Positions 1 through 14,778 of a stretch of DNA of 64,000 bases are shown here, one piece after another. The notes beneath the pieces were generated by a model that was not told where the DNA came from, did no database searches, and was given only the letters and a program-made list of their open reading frames with translations. Each line of letters opens with the position of its first letter. The first letter of the stretch is position 1. The position numbers and the translations under genes are program-made. Source of the stretch: Yuukianura sp. NJ FZ-2021 (Eukaryota); the NCBI GenBank assembly GCA_046563655.1, contig CM102287.1:8060001-8124000 (forward strand), given 5' to 3'.

Positions 1-1364
1 TTACAGTGATGCACTGTGTGTGTAAGTGGTGTTCAAAGGTTCAGTTAATCTGTTTACAGTTTATAATTTGCAGAAAGCAGGAAAGTGGATACGGTTAAGA
101 GATGCTGTTGTGGTTTTGATAGGCCTCAAGCGACTAGTGTTCTGCAACTGGTAGTAAATCTGTCCTCGCTTATGACCTTCCCATGATTTACGAAGTCACT
201 TTAACAATAAAACTCTAAAGTGTAAACACTCCTACCTTTTCCTTTCTTCCTGAATCTTCTCTTTTGATTTCAAAATGAAATTTGAACCTTAGACAGGAAA
301 TTTGAAACTCAGAAATGAAATTTTGACAAAACGGGAGAAAGTTCATGCTCATTGTTCTTTCTCCTAAGTTACAAAATTTTCTATTATTTTGTTCCACAAG
401 TTCCTTTTTTGTTCTTCTGAGTGAGTCCATTAATATACTTCTCAGCTTCCCACTGAATTGTTTTCTCTTTCTCTTTCTTCGTATGCTAGGGAAGATGCTT
501 GTGTGGGAAGAGTAAGGGATGGAAGAATCTGCGTTAGTTTATTTATTGTGCTGTGGGACGGAGAGAGGTTGGTGGTTGTGGGCTAATGGACTTTCTCCTG
601 CAGAAGAAAGGGACATTAGGAGAGTGGAGAAAGGAGAAGGTAGCAAATAGAAAATAGTTCTTTTCTGCAATGATTTATCAGGCAAGGAGGCAGAGGCTGA
701 GGGAAGGGCTCGCTTTGACCCTTGACCTCTTCTTTTTACATTAGTACGTTTTGGAGGGACGTCATTTATCCTCTCCCGGGTTTTCTTTGTTTCTGCTCAA
801 ACTTTCTCTTTTGTCTTCCACTTTCTCGGGGAATTGAAAGAATTCTTGTTATCTTCCATCCGATAGGAACCAAAAACTAAATGGCTCACTCAGGAACATC
901 ATGACGTCTTCCTCACAATTTGCTCTTCAGTGAGCATCAGATTCTCTACTGAAACAATTGATTTGCACTTGTACTTCTGCATTTTCTTGTCAAGAAATCT
1001 ACAAAAAAAAAAAAGTTAGCTATACCTTAACAAGAAAAAAAAACGAAATTCGACGAACATTAAATTGGCATAAGCAAAATTAGTTAAAAATTTCGGTTTT
1101 TGAGTATGAAAAAGGAAATTTTTGGAAGTTTTGCTTTTCCACTTTAAATTTTTCTGTTGTAGCTACGGGTATTCCTTGGAGATAAAAACTGAAACCTTGA
1201 GCTCAGCGTTTGTCTTTAGTCAAAGTAATTTGTTTTTTGTGTTTATAGACAAGTGGAAGGAGGTTTTCTTTTGGATTTTTTTTTCGCGTGTCCTTGTGCC
1301 TGGGTGACATTCGACATGAACTTATGTGGCGACATTTCATTCCATTAGAGCGAAAGCCGAGTCC

Positions 1365-1378
1365 TGATGACGTCATCA
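1365..1378. promoter_or_regulatory. Extended CRE palindrome
   Basis: TGATGACGTCATCA is a perfect 14-bp palindrome with the ATF/CREB core TGACGTCA, inside a CpG-rich patch. Confidence 0.4.
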
Positions 1379-2245
1379 TTCGCTCAAGGAAGCGAAGCGA
1401 GCGAGCCGAGAGGAAAGTTACAAACGACCAAAACTGAAGCAAAGAAGAAAAAAGGCTCCGAAAAAAAAACCGGGAAAGGTTCCGAAAAGAAAAAAAACCG
1501 GGAGAAGAAGAAGGGAGATTCATCAGTGTCAGCTGAATGGAATGAGATGGAAGGGAAAAGGAATGGGGAACTGCCAAGTCAAAAGCGTGAGCAACACGAG
1601 TGTGAAAAAATAAATCAAATCAAAGGAATCCTTTTCCAAAAAGAAAAAAAAAGTTGAAGGAACAAGACGAGGGGAAAATGGAACTCAAATCCAAAAGAAA
1701 AACCCGTGTTTGTTATTTTCCCGGTTTTTTCTTTCGGAAGGGAGGGTGAGGGGGAGAAAGTGTCGGTTCTTTCTTCCCGGATTCCAAAGATGGATGGATT
1801 CACTTTGGGGGATGATGAGTAACTCCTCGAAAACAGTCCGAAAAAAAGCCTAACCTCACAAGGAATTTTAATCTCACGAAAAACCGAATTTTGAAAACGC
1901 GGAAAGACTCGGATAATTTTGGTATTTAGAAAAAGTAGCTACAAACAAATCTATCCTGGTCGTGTATAATTTCCATCCAAAATTTTATACTTACAGCTCG
2001 GCGCCAGCACATTTTCTAAAGTTTGCTGTCGCTATTGCCATTGCCATGTACATTTTTTGGGAAGTACGAAAGTTAGTTTAGAATTTGTTAGGTTAGGTAA
2101 TCATTTAGTTAACTTCTTTTTGAACATTATGGTGTTACTATCGAACCAATTGGTCGATTGTTACACTTCCAGTCGTTGCAAGTCGTGTGTTGGACTCAGT
2201 GTCGCTTGTCTCGGGATTTGGATCCCCAGTTGTTGTCTTGTGACG

Positions 2246-2262
2246 TGACAGTTGATTTATGG
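2246..2262 (+). promoter_or_regulatory. Candidate Hth-Exd-Hox composite site
   Basis: TGACAG (Meis/Hth consensus) one base before TGATTTATGG (Pbx/Exd-Hox consensus). Confidence 0.45.
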
Positions 2263-5200
2263 GATCCCAAAGTTTTTAGTTTCCGTCATAGGCTTCCCTC
2301 GTCTTCGTTTTCGGCTTGGCAGGGACTTTGGTCCGGTCTCATGTGCGTCTCTGCCTATGTTTTTCTTTTTTTTTAGCTTAGGTCTTCTAAAACCTTTGAG
2401 TAGTGCAAAGGGAGAAAGCAACGAAGACAGAGGCAGGAGCCTTATTCGTTTCCCTGGAAAAACTCAACATGCGAGACGGAACAAGCCGGGAGACTCTGGG
2501 ACTCGGAGTTATTGAATTAATTTTTCTTGTATAGGGATTAAGGGGCTTCCTACCAAGAACAGCACAAAACTGCCGCTTCTGTGGTCTAAATTGAAAAATA
2601 AGCCTTCAAAAAAACTGGCTAAAATTTTGAAAACATAAACTAAAAGAAAAAAATTCAATGAGTGTCCCAACTCACTAATCAGGACTTATTAAGCGGGTAA
2701 ATGTAACCAACACCTTCGAACAAAACCAAAATTATCTAAGCAGCATCACCGAATTTCTTGTTTGGAATCCAGGAATATCAATTTCATTTTCATAAAAAAG
2801 TACACAAGTTTTGAGTAACCTAACCTAAGCTAGCCTGTAAATTTTGACTAGGGAGATTTTTTTCAAGTTTTGATTTTGATTTTGGCAGATGAGCAGTAGA
2901 GATTTGAGTAATTGGAATTGCTCAGTGTAGAATTAATTGAAAACAGCACATGTAACGTTTTGTTTTTAGCGTATTTTTTTTATCCCGTTGTTGGCCAAGG
3001 GTGAGAACTAAAGTTTTGCAATTTTTTCACGCTCGACGTCTCTCCACGGTTTGGCAAACCTTGAATTCTTGCCCAATGAAAGAAAGATTTAGTACACTGC
3101 AGCAGTCAGCAGTAGCTGTTTCATTTGCTTTTTTTCGTTTCCTATTTTTTTACCACAATGAAGGTTCCAAAGGGCTTGAAGGTTGTTGGAAGGGGGGAAA
3201 CAAAGGGCCTTTTCTTTTTGGCTTCATTGTGAGCCTCTGCGAGTGCTTCAAGTCCCCAGGGACCCTTGGTCCAATTCTCAGTCCAATCTTGGAAGAGGTT
3301 GGAGACTCTCTTGAGACTTGGGGCTTGATTGCCAAAGACTTCTTCAAAAGAAAAGAAAACCGTCGACCGTAATCTTCTCCTTTATTCTAACCTCAAGTTG
3401 TGCCGAAGGAACCGAAACGGACCAAAAGCTACCCTCAATCCAATTCAAGACACAGGCACTAACTTAAGGCCTTAGAAATTTAACAAACCAATCTTCTGCT
3501 AACTTCACACATTTTTTAAAAGTTGGCTTTTCCTGTGGCCTTTTCGTTGGGCGGAGAAGAAAAAGTTGCGTTGGGATTTTGGATTTGACATTTGCCAGTT
3601 CCCAGATGGGCTGGAAAGTCATAACTTAGAATAATTTAATTTCAAATGAGGCGGTGGACGCGTCTAATGAACCTACTTACGCAAACAAAAGAATTTTCTT
3701 ACCATCCATCTCACCCCTAAAAAAATTCAAACAAAAATTCTCTGAGAAAAACCACGACAGGAAGAAAAAGCAAAAATTTCCAGCAAGTTGCGTCTTCATA
3801 CAATTCAAATCTGCACAAGCAAAGAATATTTACAATTGCAAAAAAAACGTCAAATAGGAAACCAAGTTTTAAATTCAATGTTTTATAAAGTTCTTGTTTC
3901 ATTTGATCATTTGAATTCGAAATTCCATTTTCATAAAATTTTTGAAATTGTGAAGTATCAGTCAGAAATGGGACGGCAACTTTGAAATTTTGAAAAAAAA
4001 AATCAAAAACAAAAGAAAGTTCATGCGATTTATGTGCTTTATTTGCAACTGTCTGCTTCTCAAAAACTTTTTATACAAGTTTGTCAAATTTTCTTATGTC
4101 AGAACCTTCTTGCAATGAAATTGTTTAATCCTTTCAACCAAAAAAAATGTTTTCGTCTAGACAAGAGAAGTTTCAAGGCAGAAGCGACTTTTCAGTTAAA
4201 CTTTTTGCAATTTCCAAATGAAAAGTGAAAACTCAAGATTAATTTTCATTTGAATAGTTTTGACAAGCGGGACTCTCGTTCTATTGTTACCATTTCAGAC
4301 AAAATTTTCCTTTCTCCAGGTTCTGAAAATCCCGTGACAGGAAGGAGAAGAGAAAGTTCTAAATTTCCCAGAATTCCTTCCAGGAAGAACAGTGGACAAA
4401 GCCTCGACGGTGGTGATGAGATGATATGCAAGCATGAATTTCTTTACGTCACAAAACCTAGGAGAGGACAAAAGGCCATTGCCTTCCTTTCAAAAACTTT
4501 TCCCGGGTAGAATAAATCCCCTCTCCGTCTAAGTAAATCTAATTCAAAGAGACACACAAAGGAAGAGAAGAAGAAGAAGATGGGATTTGGGCTGGGATGA
4601 TGGATGTCTCCTACGATGTAGCCAATCATCTGACAATGCTGGCCCCTCTTCGTCATTTGTCAACCCGTCACAACTTTCCAGCCGATTCGGATTCTACCCG
4701 GATCCGGGCATCGCATCTCGCTTCAAATGAAAACCACATCTCCGCCTCCTTCCCTCCATCTCATCATCGCAGTCATTTCCTCTCCGCCTTCCTTGGCTCC
4801 CGAAGCGAGAGCATTCCAGTGCTGCCTTTTGAAATGGAAATGGAAAGGCTTTGATTTATGACTCGCCAGAACTGTTGTCACTTTCAGAGAGTCCTTCTTC
4901 CAGACAGTCCAAAGGACGACGCTATACACAGTTCGTTCTGCTTCCGTGACGATTATGACGAAAAGTGAAGGGTCACTCAAGGGAACCGGAAATTGGGCTT
5001 GAGGAGGATCAGTGGCTTCCTTCCGCCGGCGGAGTGGTGGGGCACTTAATGCTGAACCTGGTGGCTCTGATTACCCTCATATCCTCCAGCAACCTTAGCT
5101 TCCAACTCTGCGCACAGCCAAATGAGACACGCACGAATTCTGGAAGGAGATCCATAAAAATTGATTTCCCGGTCAAAAACCACCAGTTCATTCAAAGTCA

Positions 5201-8200
5201 AATGCCCGACGTAAATCCAGCATTTCGAACCAAATATTTTAAAACGTTTTCTTTTAAGGAGACATTTACTAAAAAAATTGAAATCGGCCCACGGTTTTCT
5301 GAAAAAATCAATGAATCTATACCGGAAGCATAGCTGGTTAAACGATGTTTATATTTTCTGTGAGGTAACATAAGAATTTTGTTAAAATACATCAGAGTTG
5401 TAATCCCCCGAAGCGTGAAGATGAATCGATGCTCTGGCTGTTAGTTGAAACAGGTAAGAACAAATGATGTCCAAGGCCACTTACAACAATCCCCTTCCAG
5501 AACTTTGACGAGATCTCCCAAAGGCTACTCGGACGCCACGTATAGTCTTTCTTCAGAAACCAACAAAAAACATTGAAAGTCATTTACACAAGCACATCAA
5601 ATCACAATTTACATGCAGATCGTGTGATCAAATATCACCGAACTCCATAACTTAAATTGTGAATTCAAAATTATAACTACCAAGTTGAGATGATCTGGGT
5701 CAGGGTCGGGTAAGAGAGAAAGCAGTTTACATTCCTGGTTAGAACGGAAACAACATAATAAAAGTAAACAAAAAACGACCAAAAGTTTTTTTTGAGGTTA
5801 GCTTTTGGTTCTGTTCCGAATGTTTCTGATTGAATGACAGAAGGCAGGAGAAAGGAAGAAAGTTTTCACTAGGGGAAAAGCAGAGAAAGTGGAGATGATT
5901 GACGAAATTAAAAGTCCAGTTGTTACACACTGCTTTTACTTTTAGTCAGAACCCAGTGCTGCTAACACACTGCCTTGTTCGTAGAAGTGAAAGCGGATTG
6001 AATCCTTGATTTCCCAATTCCGACGATCGATTCCTGCCTGGATGGTGGTGGTGACATGTGCTTCCTTGATATCCACATCAAATCAACTTCGGAACCATCT
6101 TGAACCACCAAATCCCCGAAACTCAGGATATTACACCAGCCTTCACCACAAAGTTTTTAGTAGGAGACAAAACACAACTTTCTCCATAGACTAATATCGT
6201 AATTGAACCAAAATTGAATTGGAACACAAAAGGAAAAAAAGAGGAAGAAAAAACTTGACAAATTGAAACCAATTTGAAATCAACAAATTATTTTACTACA
6301 CGATCGTATTATGTAATCATTTATGTAGAATGTAAATTACAAAATTACCAAATGCGAAAAAATTTACCCAAACAAAAATTGATTCAAGGTGTCATTTTTT
6401 TTAAATCGATTTAAATCGATTAAAGAAAAAATTGCTGTAGATCGATGCTATGTAAAATTTATCCGCAGTCTACTTGTTCAATTGACACAAATTCTGAAGT
6501 TGGAATCAAGACCTTATCCCCAGTTGTTGTATATAACGTGGTGGAATACAAATGCTATCCTTTTTCTGAGAAATTTGTTCAAACTTTTTGAAAATTGTTG
6601 ATTTTGTAGATGAGGGAGTCCCTGACCTAGCGTGGTGTTTGTTTACTTGGAGTAGGTTAAGGTGTTGAGGAAGGGCAAGGGCAATGAGTGGTGGTCGTTG
6701 AGTAAGTTTATGGAGAAAGTGCAATAAAAATAACAATTTGGAAGGATATATGGGCCCATTAAAGATCTTCTTTAAACTCTCGCCTTTTTCCTCTCCAGAA
6801 ACATAGGTTTGGAGGGAGTAACTACTCTACTAGAACCTATAAAACGGAACTCAAGACACCACTTTTGCCTTTAGCACAAAACCTCACTTCCCAAATCTCC
6901 TTTACAATCACTTTCCAATCTTTATTTTATGACTCCACTCCTTCTTCAACAAAATACTACTGAATTTCATTCACAATTTTGAAAATCAACACCGTTTTTT
7001 TGCATCATAGAATTAGAATTCACACAGAAGAAGCTACAGAACCAGTTTATCTAACTACAGCAACTGCGGTGTTAATTAAACTAACACCGATCCAAAAGAA
7101 ATTGAGTGGTGGAAATTTCTGTTGAAATTTCAACTGGCAAGAGTTGACGTAAAAACTTTTTCAAAAATTTGAATTTTGTAGCGCTGAATTTTCATTTTGA
7201 ATTAGGTAAAGTATTTTTTTGTTCCAAGAATTCCAAAATCAGTTTGAGTTTGCTCTGGTTGTTCCTAATTTTCCTGCATTCCTATAAATTTTGTGGGGTG
7301 ATCGTTTCCTTTGAAAGTAATTTGACCTCGGATGTTTCAAAGGTGATGTTTTAGAACCGCCACGGTTTTTTGTGTTCCTTTTTGGAAAATCCTCATCGCG
7401 TGACAAGGATTTTGTTGCATGCAACAAAATTCTGTTGAGTTTCACGTTAGGTTGGCCTACGTCTTTGCAGTACCTAAAGACTGTTCGTGTTCAATTCTGA
7501 ACAAAAAGTAGAAAAGGGACGAAGAACGAGAAGATTAGAGAGTAAGCCGCTGCTTCTTACTTGTACATTGTTGTATTATTGCATGTTGGAGAGCCTAAGG
7601 AAAACGATAGACTTGGAAACTAATTGCATGAAGCCTTGAGTTCTTTCTTTTCTAGAATTCTAAAAAAGACTACAAAAACAATGGCGTGAGAACTACAACA
7701 AACGGTATAATTTAAATGTAATCAAAAACTCATTTAGAGACCACACCAAAGAACATGAACTCTTACCTTTTACTTTACCGGTAGTAGGTAGGAGGAAGAT
7801 GCTGGGATTCTGAACACGAATGTTTTTTAGGCATAAGTTCCACTATGGCACCAAAATTCAAAAACCTCCCTCCGTCCACCATTTTGAGTCTTGGTGCCTT
7901 GACATGTCTCCTAAAAAAGAAACCAATCATAACTCATGTCATGGTGGAAGTCATGTCCAACTGAAGTCTGACACGCCTGACAGCTTCAAAAGTGATTAAT
8001 TACCTGTCACGGGACACACAAGAGGATTTTCTAGGCCAAGTCAAAACAGTTCACTCCTCCAAACGTCAAAAAACTAAAGTCTCAAAAACAAGGGTTCAAA
8101 ATTTTAAAAATTTTGAAGAATTCCAAGACGCCGGAGACACAAAATTAAGATTTATGTGTATCAGAATTCAAATTTTTAAAAAGTTGGTTTCTTGTGACAA

Positions 8201-11200
8201 ACCGAGACAATTTCAGACTTTATTTTAATTTAATTTCGATATACATGAACCAAAAATTTGTGTCACCAGCATAGCGTTTTGAAATTCTCCAAACCTGAAA
8301 TTGAGAGGGAGTTTTTTCTACAAGCAAAAATCATCGCCATTCAAACGTGCTAAGCGGAGAAAAAAAATGTGTCACAAAAATTGCTTTGAAAGCATTGGTG
8401 AAAATAAACTTTGATAAAATTTTGAAAAAAAATCGATTTTGAAATTGAAAATTTCTTTTGGAAGGAGAAACAAGTCTGTCAACGTCAGTTGCCTTCCAAG
8501 TCTTTCGGGCAGTTGGTTACTATGTGTCGTATCCGTTGTGAAACTGCCGGAACCAATCCAAATCCTGTTTGAAAAAGCATGGACCACAACAACAGCATCG
8601 CTTGGTACTGCTGGTGCTGTTCGACTCAGCTTGAAAGTTTTGGAATCGCTTGCGTTGGTGAAGCAGTTCCTTCCTGTAGCTTGTTGTTTGAAAAAGTGTA
8701 TTAGAGCTAAAATGACGGCAGAGAGCCATAACTCAAACGTCTATCTGTCAAGTACATAATGCTTCTAATCTATCTCCCAACCATCTTCCGTTCCTTCCTC
8801 AAAAAAAAGTTGTGCTTGCACAAGGGATAAGGAGACGTTTTCCAAAAAATCGCTGCTGGAGAAAAAAAAGATGCTGGAAGCTGGAGCATCCAGCGCTGGT
8901 GGCTGGAAGGAAGCGTCACATCGAGTCTTATCCTGCCCGTTCCGCTCCGAAAGACTTTCTCCTCCCCACTTTGAGTAAGGCAGGGAGCTTTCCCTTCGTT
9001 TAAGGTAAATATAAAACATATCCGTGAAATAAAGTTAGCAAAAATGTAGTAAGTTGTTTCAGAGGGAACGGAGACTTGGTCTCATAAATCTTTTCCTCTG
9101 CAAACACCCCTTGCTTTCTTGTGGATTCGGGTTTTCTTTTTGAAAAAAACCGAGAAAAAAAAACTCCACAACTCCCACTAGGTTTGACGAAGCTGGAGGG
9201 AGAAAGTTTAAGTAAATAGGAATACTATGGAAGGAAAAATTCATTATTTAGAAACTAAAAAAGCAAGATTTTTTTTTCAGAATTTTTTTTCAGACTGAAG
9301 CTGTGCTCCCAGCTTCCAAAAATGGATTTGTCTTCAGCGCCTAGGAAAAAGCAGAGCTGCTGGAATTTGCATTTCATATTAGAGAAAGGTTTGAACTGAG
9401 ACTATGAAAGCCAGCAGAGAAAGCTTGTGAGGCTTCCATTATTTTCCTGAGGGATCTCCCTTGACATGACATGAATGCACAAGGTGCTCCGCTGGAGCTA
9501 GGAACCCTAATGCAAAACCCAATGGGAGCACCAGGGAAACTTTGAATTTCATCTGGATTTGGCCGGAGAAAGCCACCATTGGAGAACAATACAACGGAAG
9601 AAGCTCATAATGCATGCAAAACAGACGAAGGTTTCAGGAAGGCACGTCAGTCTTCCAGAGATCACTCGCCCTTCTTTCCCTTCACCCCTCAAAACATGAC
9701 AGGAATTTACAACACTTTCATTTTCTACGCAAAACAGGAACAATGCTCCTCGGACTGCTCAAAATTTTCAAAATTGGATTTTGAAAAGAATTTAAATTTA
9801 AAAAATCAAAATCATTACAAGTGTCAGTCGGGTGTGTAGTGAAGCGAAAGTGAAAGTTTTCATGTTTTAACTTTCTCTGTTCGCCAAACTTTGAAATTTG
9901 AAAGTTGTTTTAAAGAAGTCCCATTAGAAATAGAACCATTAGAAGTGCTATGCAGAGCCCTTAGATTCAGGTTCTGACTTTGTAATGAGCTTTGGGAGTT
10001 TTAAGGGAACGTTGATTACCAATGCAAAATCCATCAGAATCTGCTTCTTTCGTGAGATGAAGCGTACTATGCAGGTACTATAAAAGAAGTTGCAGTGGAG
10101 GATGAAGCAAAAAATGGAAGATGAGCTTTTCATTTTTGTGTCGATGACTAATGGTGTTTCTGATGAAAAAATAATAAGGAGAAACACAAATCAGAATCAC
10201 ACCTTCACTCATGGATTAATCATTTTTTGTAAAACCTTCGTTTTTGAAAGTTTTTTTCTTTTGAATTTAGATTCCATGCACATTTCGGCTTTATTGTAAA
10301 AATTTAACTCATGAAACCATCTGTCAGGTTGGGTATTTTTGCAGGCTACAGTGATATTGCTTGTATTGGAAAATTTGTATTGAAATTTTTTTTTTCAAAA
10401 ATGAGTAGATTTTTTTTCAAAATTTGAAGATTTTAAGTCTTGTTGTTAACTTACGTCTGGGGAGGAATAAGGGAACGTTTGGTTGAAGTTGACAAGGGTC
10501 ATGTCAGTGTCTGCGTTTTGGTTTTTCTCTTAAGGGGTCGTCCCTTAAATTTTTTTGATGAGACTAGCCCACACGGACGGCAGAATAAGATGATTTCGTA
10601 CCTAGAGGCGAGTCAACATTTTTTAAAAAACAAAATTTTCAAAAAATACTGATGTACTGGGTGGGATGACGCAGTAAATTTCAAAATTGATGGGTAGACA
10701 CCTTGAGGCTAACAGACACAAAATTCAAACTTTCAACAATTTTTAAAAATAGCGCTTGCAGTGGTATTGCCGAAGGCTTAAGCGTACGTCGAGCCTAGCA
10801 TGAACTCGTAACACTGCGCTTTACTACTGCCCAGTGCTCTTCCAAAAACCTTGAAGAATTTTCCAATCCAAATCTAATTTCCGTTGGAATGTGGCCAATC
10901 GCCTTTTTCTTTCTCCGAAAAGAGAGAAAGTTCGCACAGTCATTCAGATTCTTCGAAAGTTTTTGTGCGCGGGAGAAAGTGAATTAGAGAATTCCTTCCC
11001 CTTGTCTTCTCCAGGGAATTATTGACTTTTCCCAACTTTCACTCTAACGAAAAACTTAACTTTTTTTGTTCTTTTTCCTTTGGGGAAAGTCTTCAGATTC
11101 AGAAGAAGACTCTCTTTCATCATGGTTTGCTGATTGTACTAATTTTGTTTCAAAAAAAGAAGAAAACGAAAAAAGACAAGAAAAACTAATCAAGAGAAGC

Positions 11201-13844
11201 CCTCCTCCTGTTCTTTTTTTTTCAATCGCATTTGTCTTGGTGTCTGTTTCTGAAGTTCTCAATTAATTCATGTCATCTAATTTCCACGATTTCTTTCATT
11301 TTCTACTTTCAGTTCGATACTAACTCGATTTCAAGCTTCGTTCAATTTCGAACTGAGGGGAAAGCTTTACGAATTCAAAATTTAGAGACTTTTTAAAAGA
11401 ACTGAAAAGCCAATTTTTAATTGAATTTTGTCTTGTACTTTTTTCCACAACTGAATGAAGGCAGAAGAGGGGCGAAGGGAAGCGGAAAAAAATTCGAGTC
11501 AAATTAAAATCTGGATTTGGCTTGTTTTTTTCCTAAGTTAAAAAAATTGGAAGCTGGGGAGTGACAGAAGAGGAAACAAATTGAAGTTACCAAGTTTAGA
11601 AAATAGTTTATAACGTAGGCCTGTGCTGTTTGAACAATATGGGAGAGTTAGAGTAGGGGAGAGAGATGGAAAGAAAGTCTGAAAAAGGAAAACTGTGTCC
11701 AAATCCATCCTTGTCAAGGGCAACCATGCATTGCATTAGAGCTGGAGCCTTGGCTCTCCCTTTGCCTCCGAATTTTGCTGCTACCCGGGGAATCCATCAC
11801 CAACAACTCCCGGGTTAGGAGCACTCTCCTTCTGGGCCTTAAACAAATTAGAAAATGTGGACTTGGTCCTTAATCATTCCATTGTACTCTTTCCAAATCA
11901 TTCAACATCACCCAGCATCATCACGCGCTTTCTCCCAAATGAAAAAAAAAACAGGACCAGAGGAGCAGCTCAAATTTCTAAAAATCTAATTTTAAAAAAG
12001 GATTTTTTGGAAAAAGGAGGCTGTGCCCTGTTTAGAAAAGAAGATTAGTTTTTGGAGCGTATGGATTTGGTCTTGAGGGGTTCATGATTGAAGGGAAGGC
12101 GTGTTTCTTCCTTTAGTCTTCGTCTTCCTTCTTGGCAACGTCTGTTCAAAATGATTCATTAGCTTCGAATCAGCCATTTTTCTTCTTTCCATCACAATCC
12201 CCTCGAGCGTAGCAAACGCATTTTAGAAAAAAAATCTATTTTAAAAAATTAAGTTTCAAAAACCGATTTCAGAGAATTGCAGTGATTGGACAAAATATAA
12301 AAATTTAAAATTGCAAAATTTTATATAAAACATGGTAACTTAGCAACTCATCTCGAAATTTGAACTACAACTAGACCAGACGACTAGAGCAATACAAAAA
12401 AAAATAATATAAAAATTGAAAAACGAACCAATTTTTCTAAAATTTAAAAATTACTACTGTGTCGCCATTTAGTCTTCAATAAACTGTGTTCCTAAACTCA
12501 CAACTTATGATACATTATTTTTTGAATGTCGAACGCCATTGAATCTGAAAGATCTATCTAAGCCTGTTTTCAGATTTAATTATGCAAAATGATTTTTTAA
12601 CGGGATCCAAATAATTTTAACTAATTTGAGAAAAAGCTTTGTTATGTTTTGAATTCTACGAAACTGAAACTTTATCGACCAGCAAAGGCCTCAGTGATGT
12701 CATCTGCAAAATGGATTTTATGGAATAAGAGATCGAGTAGGTTAAAAAGAGTCTGATTTTGTGAATTGTGGATCTCATTTGAAGTGTTGCGTGTGGTATG
12801 TTGGAGTAGTATCAACGCCAACTTGTGCCTGCCAAGGAAGCTTCCAAGTTTTGCGTGAGTCCACCAGAGTTCGGGAGGCCATTGCTTTTGCCAAGAGAAA
12901 GTTTGATTGACACGTCCAAATGAGCTCGGATTTATTCTCATTATGATCCAGAAGACGAGATCCAATGGGAAAGCGCCTTCTCAGAACAGCCGCCATGCTT
13001 TTTCCAACAAACCTACACAGCTCCACCCGATCCTTCCCAGAGATCATTAATCAACGTCCTTTCACTCCCAGCCTCTCTCCCTTGCTCTAGGTTAGTAAAT
13101 ACTCTACGCTATTTTTGGGTATGCTCAGTCACGTTAAGTCTACTAGGTGTTGCAAGTTATGTTTTAGAGTTAAGTTAAATTGTTAAACTAATTCAAATGT
13201 TAATCTGAAGTTAGTCAGGTTATGCTTTAAGTTAAGTTGAAATGCTGATGAGTGAAAGTTTAAGTTGGATTTTCTGGTTAAATTAAAATTAACTTTAAGT
13301 TAGGGTGAAATGTTAGGCTAGTGACCTACTAAAGTAGTATGAAAATGTAGAGTGATGGTTCCATGATGATTACTTTAATAATTAAGAGCAGTAGGAGAAC
13401 ATTGTACAATCAATGGGTGTGGACCTACTTTCTCCACCTCTAGATTCTTAGATTCTTAGCCACAAAACAAGTCACTCACTTTCCCTGTACTCTACACAAG
13501 AGTCCAGTGTATACATTAGTGCTGGACTAAAAGTAAAAGTTAATCTAAATTAGAGTAAAATATGACTAATTGAGATTCTCTTTCCTTAGGTTAAAGTGAC
13601 AGAAATAACGGCGGTGGTCATGGAGTCGTGTGACCTTCATTAGAGTAGGGGGTGGGGGGGATTTTGAAAATTTTGAAGGGGGGGGGGGTGAGTTGTGTAC
13701 TTAATAGTTTGGACAAATTATTATGATTAAGCTTAGATGAGCAATATAACGCTTTTAGTATAAGAGGGTTAACGTTAAATTAGGAATGATGAACAAATGC
13801 AAGTTCCAAAAAGTGAAAATCACTTTCTCTTTTTCAAAAAAAAT

Positions 13845-13995
13845 TCGTATACGTAAATCCATCACTACTTTGGATACACAGAGGTTTCTCACGTTGATAA
13901 ATTCTACAAATTAAATTTTGATTTCCTTCGTATGTGTTTACAGTATACATGCGTTGTGCAAATTGACTTTCTTTTAACAATTAATTGTCGTATAC
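13845..13995 (-). promoter_or_regulatory. Two miR-iab-4-5p 8mer seed sites in the putative Antp 3' UTR
   Basis: Minus-strand GTATACGA at 13845-13852 and 13988-13995, complementary to seed CGUAUAC. The extent of the UTR is not established. Confidence 0.6.
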
Positions 13996-14778
13996 AATTG
14001 TAAAAGTTGATGATTTTTGGTTGAAAAATTTCTCGTTTGGGGAAAATTTGCAATTTGCACTCGGGCATCACCAATTAAACTAAGGCTTTAGAATTCACTA
14101 AATTTTGAATTCGAAAAAATTGTCTGATTTTAAAAATTAAGAATTTCAAATTTTCTGAAAAACAGGAAGCATTAAAGTGAAAGTTAGGCTTAGGTTAGAA
14201 TAAAAAATAAAAAGATTTTAAATACTCATCGCAAAGAAGACGCTGATTGAGGTTTTCCTTCAGCTTTTGAATTGATCGCTTCTTTAGTTAATCGCTTTCC
14301 TAAGTTGGTTCTTCACTTGAGCTTGTCTTGGTTCAGCTTTCGCTTTGTCTAAAATCGCTGTTTGAACAGAAGCCGAACACACTTTCACTGGGCACTGTAA
14401 TAAACCAATCACACGGGAGACACACAAGGGTTCATAAGGGGCGGTGGTCACTTGAAGGGTTCCTATGTACAGGCCTTTGTTTAAAAATTTAAATTTAGAA
14501 CAAGTTGGAAATAGGACACACGAGAACATATTTGAACAGACTGAGGAGAGGACTGAATAAATAAATGCTTAAGCAGAATTCCCTTTGCACGAACCCCTCA
14601 TCTGCAGTGTCCTCTAAAAACAACTTCTTAATTAACTTCCTACTTAACACTTGTTACGCACTTTGTTTAGGCTGAGTATGTACGTTTTTACGCATTATTT
14701 TACGAATTCCACGAATTTAGACGAAGTGATTTCTTCTCTGGTAACTTTCTTCCTTTGTTTTAGGTTTAGAGTGAATTT

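Noticed and set aside
1203..1657. Lys-rich and Phe-rich overlapping ORFs
   Set aside because: They are low-complexity products of A/T tracts.
12931..12936. AATAAA on the minus strand as the Antp poly(A) signal
   Set aside because: A lone hexamer in AT-rich DNA about 1.9 kb from the stop cannot be distinguished from chance.
1..13000. ftz, Scr or Hox miRNA genes (miR-10, miR-993, iab-4) downstream of Antp
   Set aside because: I saw no second homeobox, YPWM or LXXLL-bearing exon, or mature miRNA sequence. Very short exons could be missed by eye.
13841..13847. miR-10-3p seed match (CGAATTT on the mRNA strand)
   Set aside because: AAATTCG is very common in this window's A/T tracts, so the match is uninformative.
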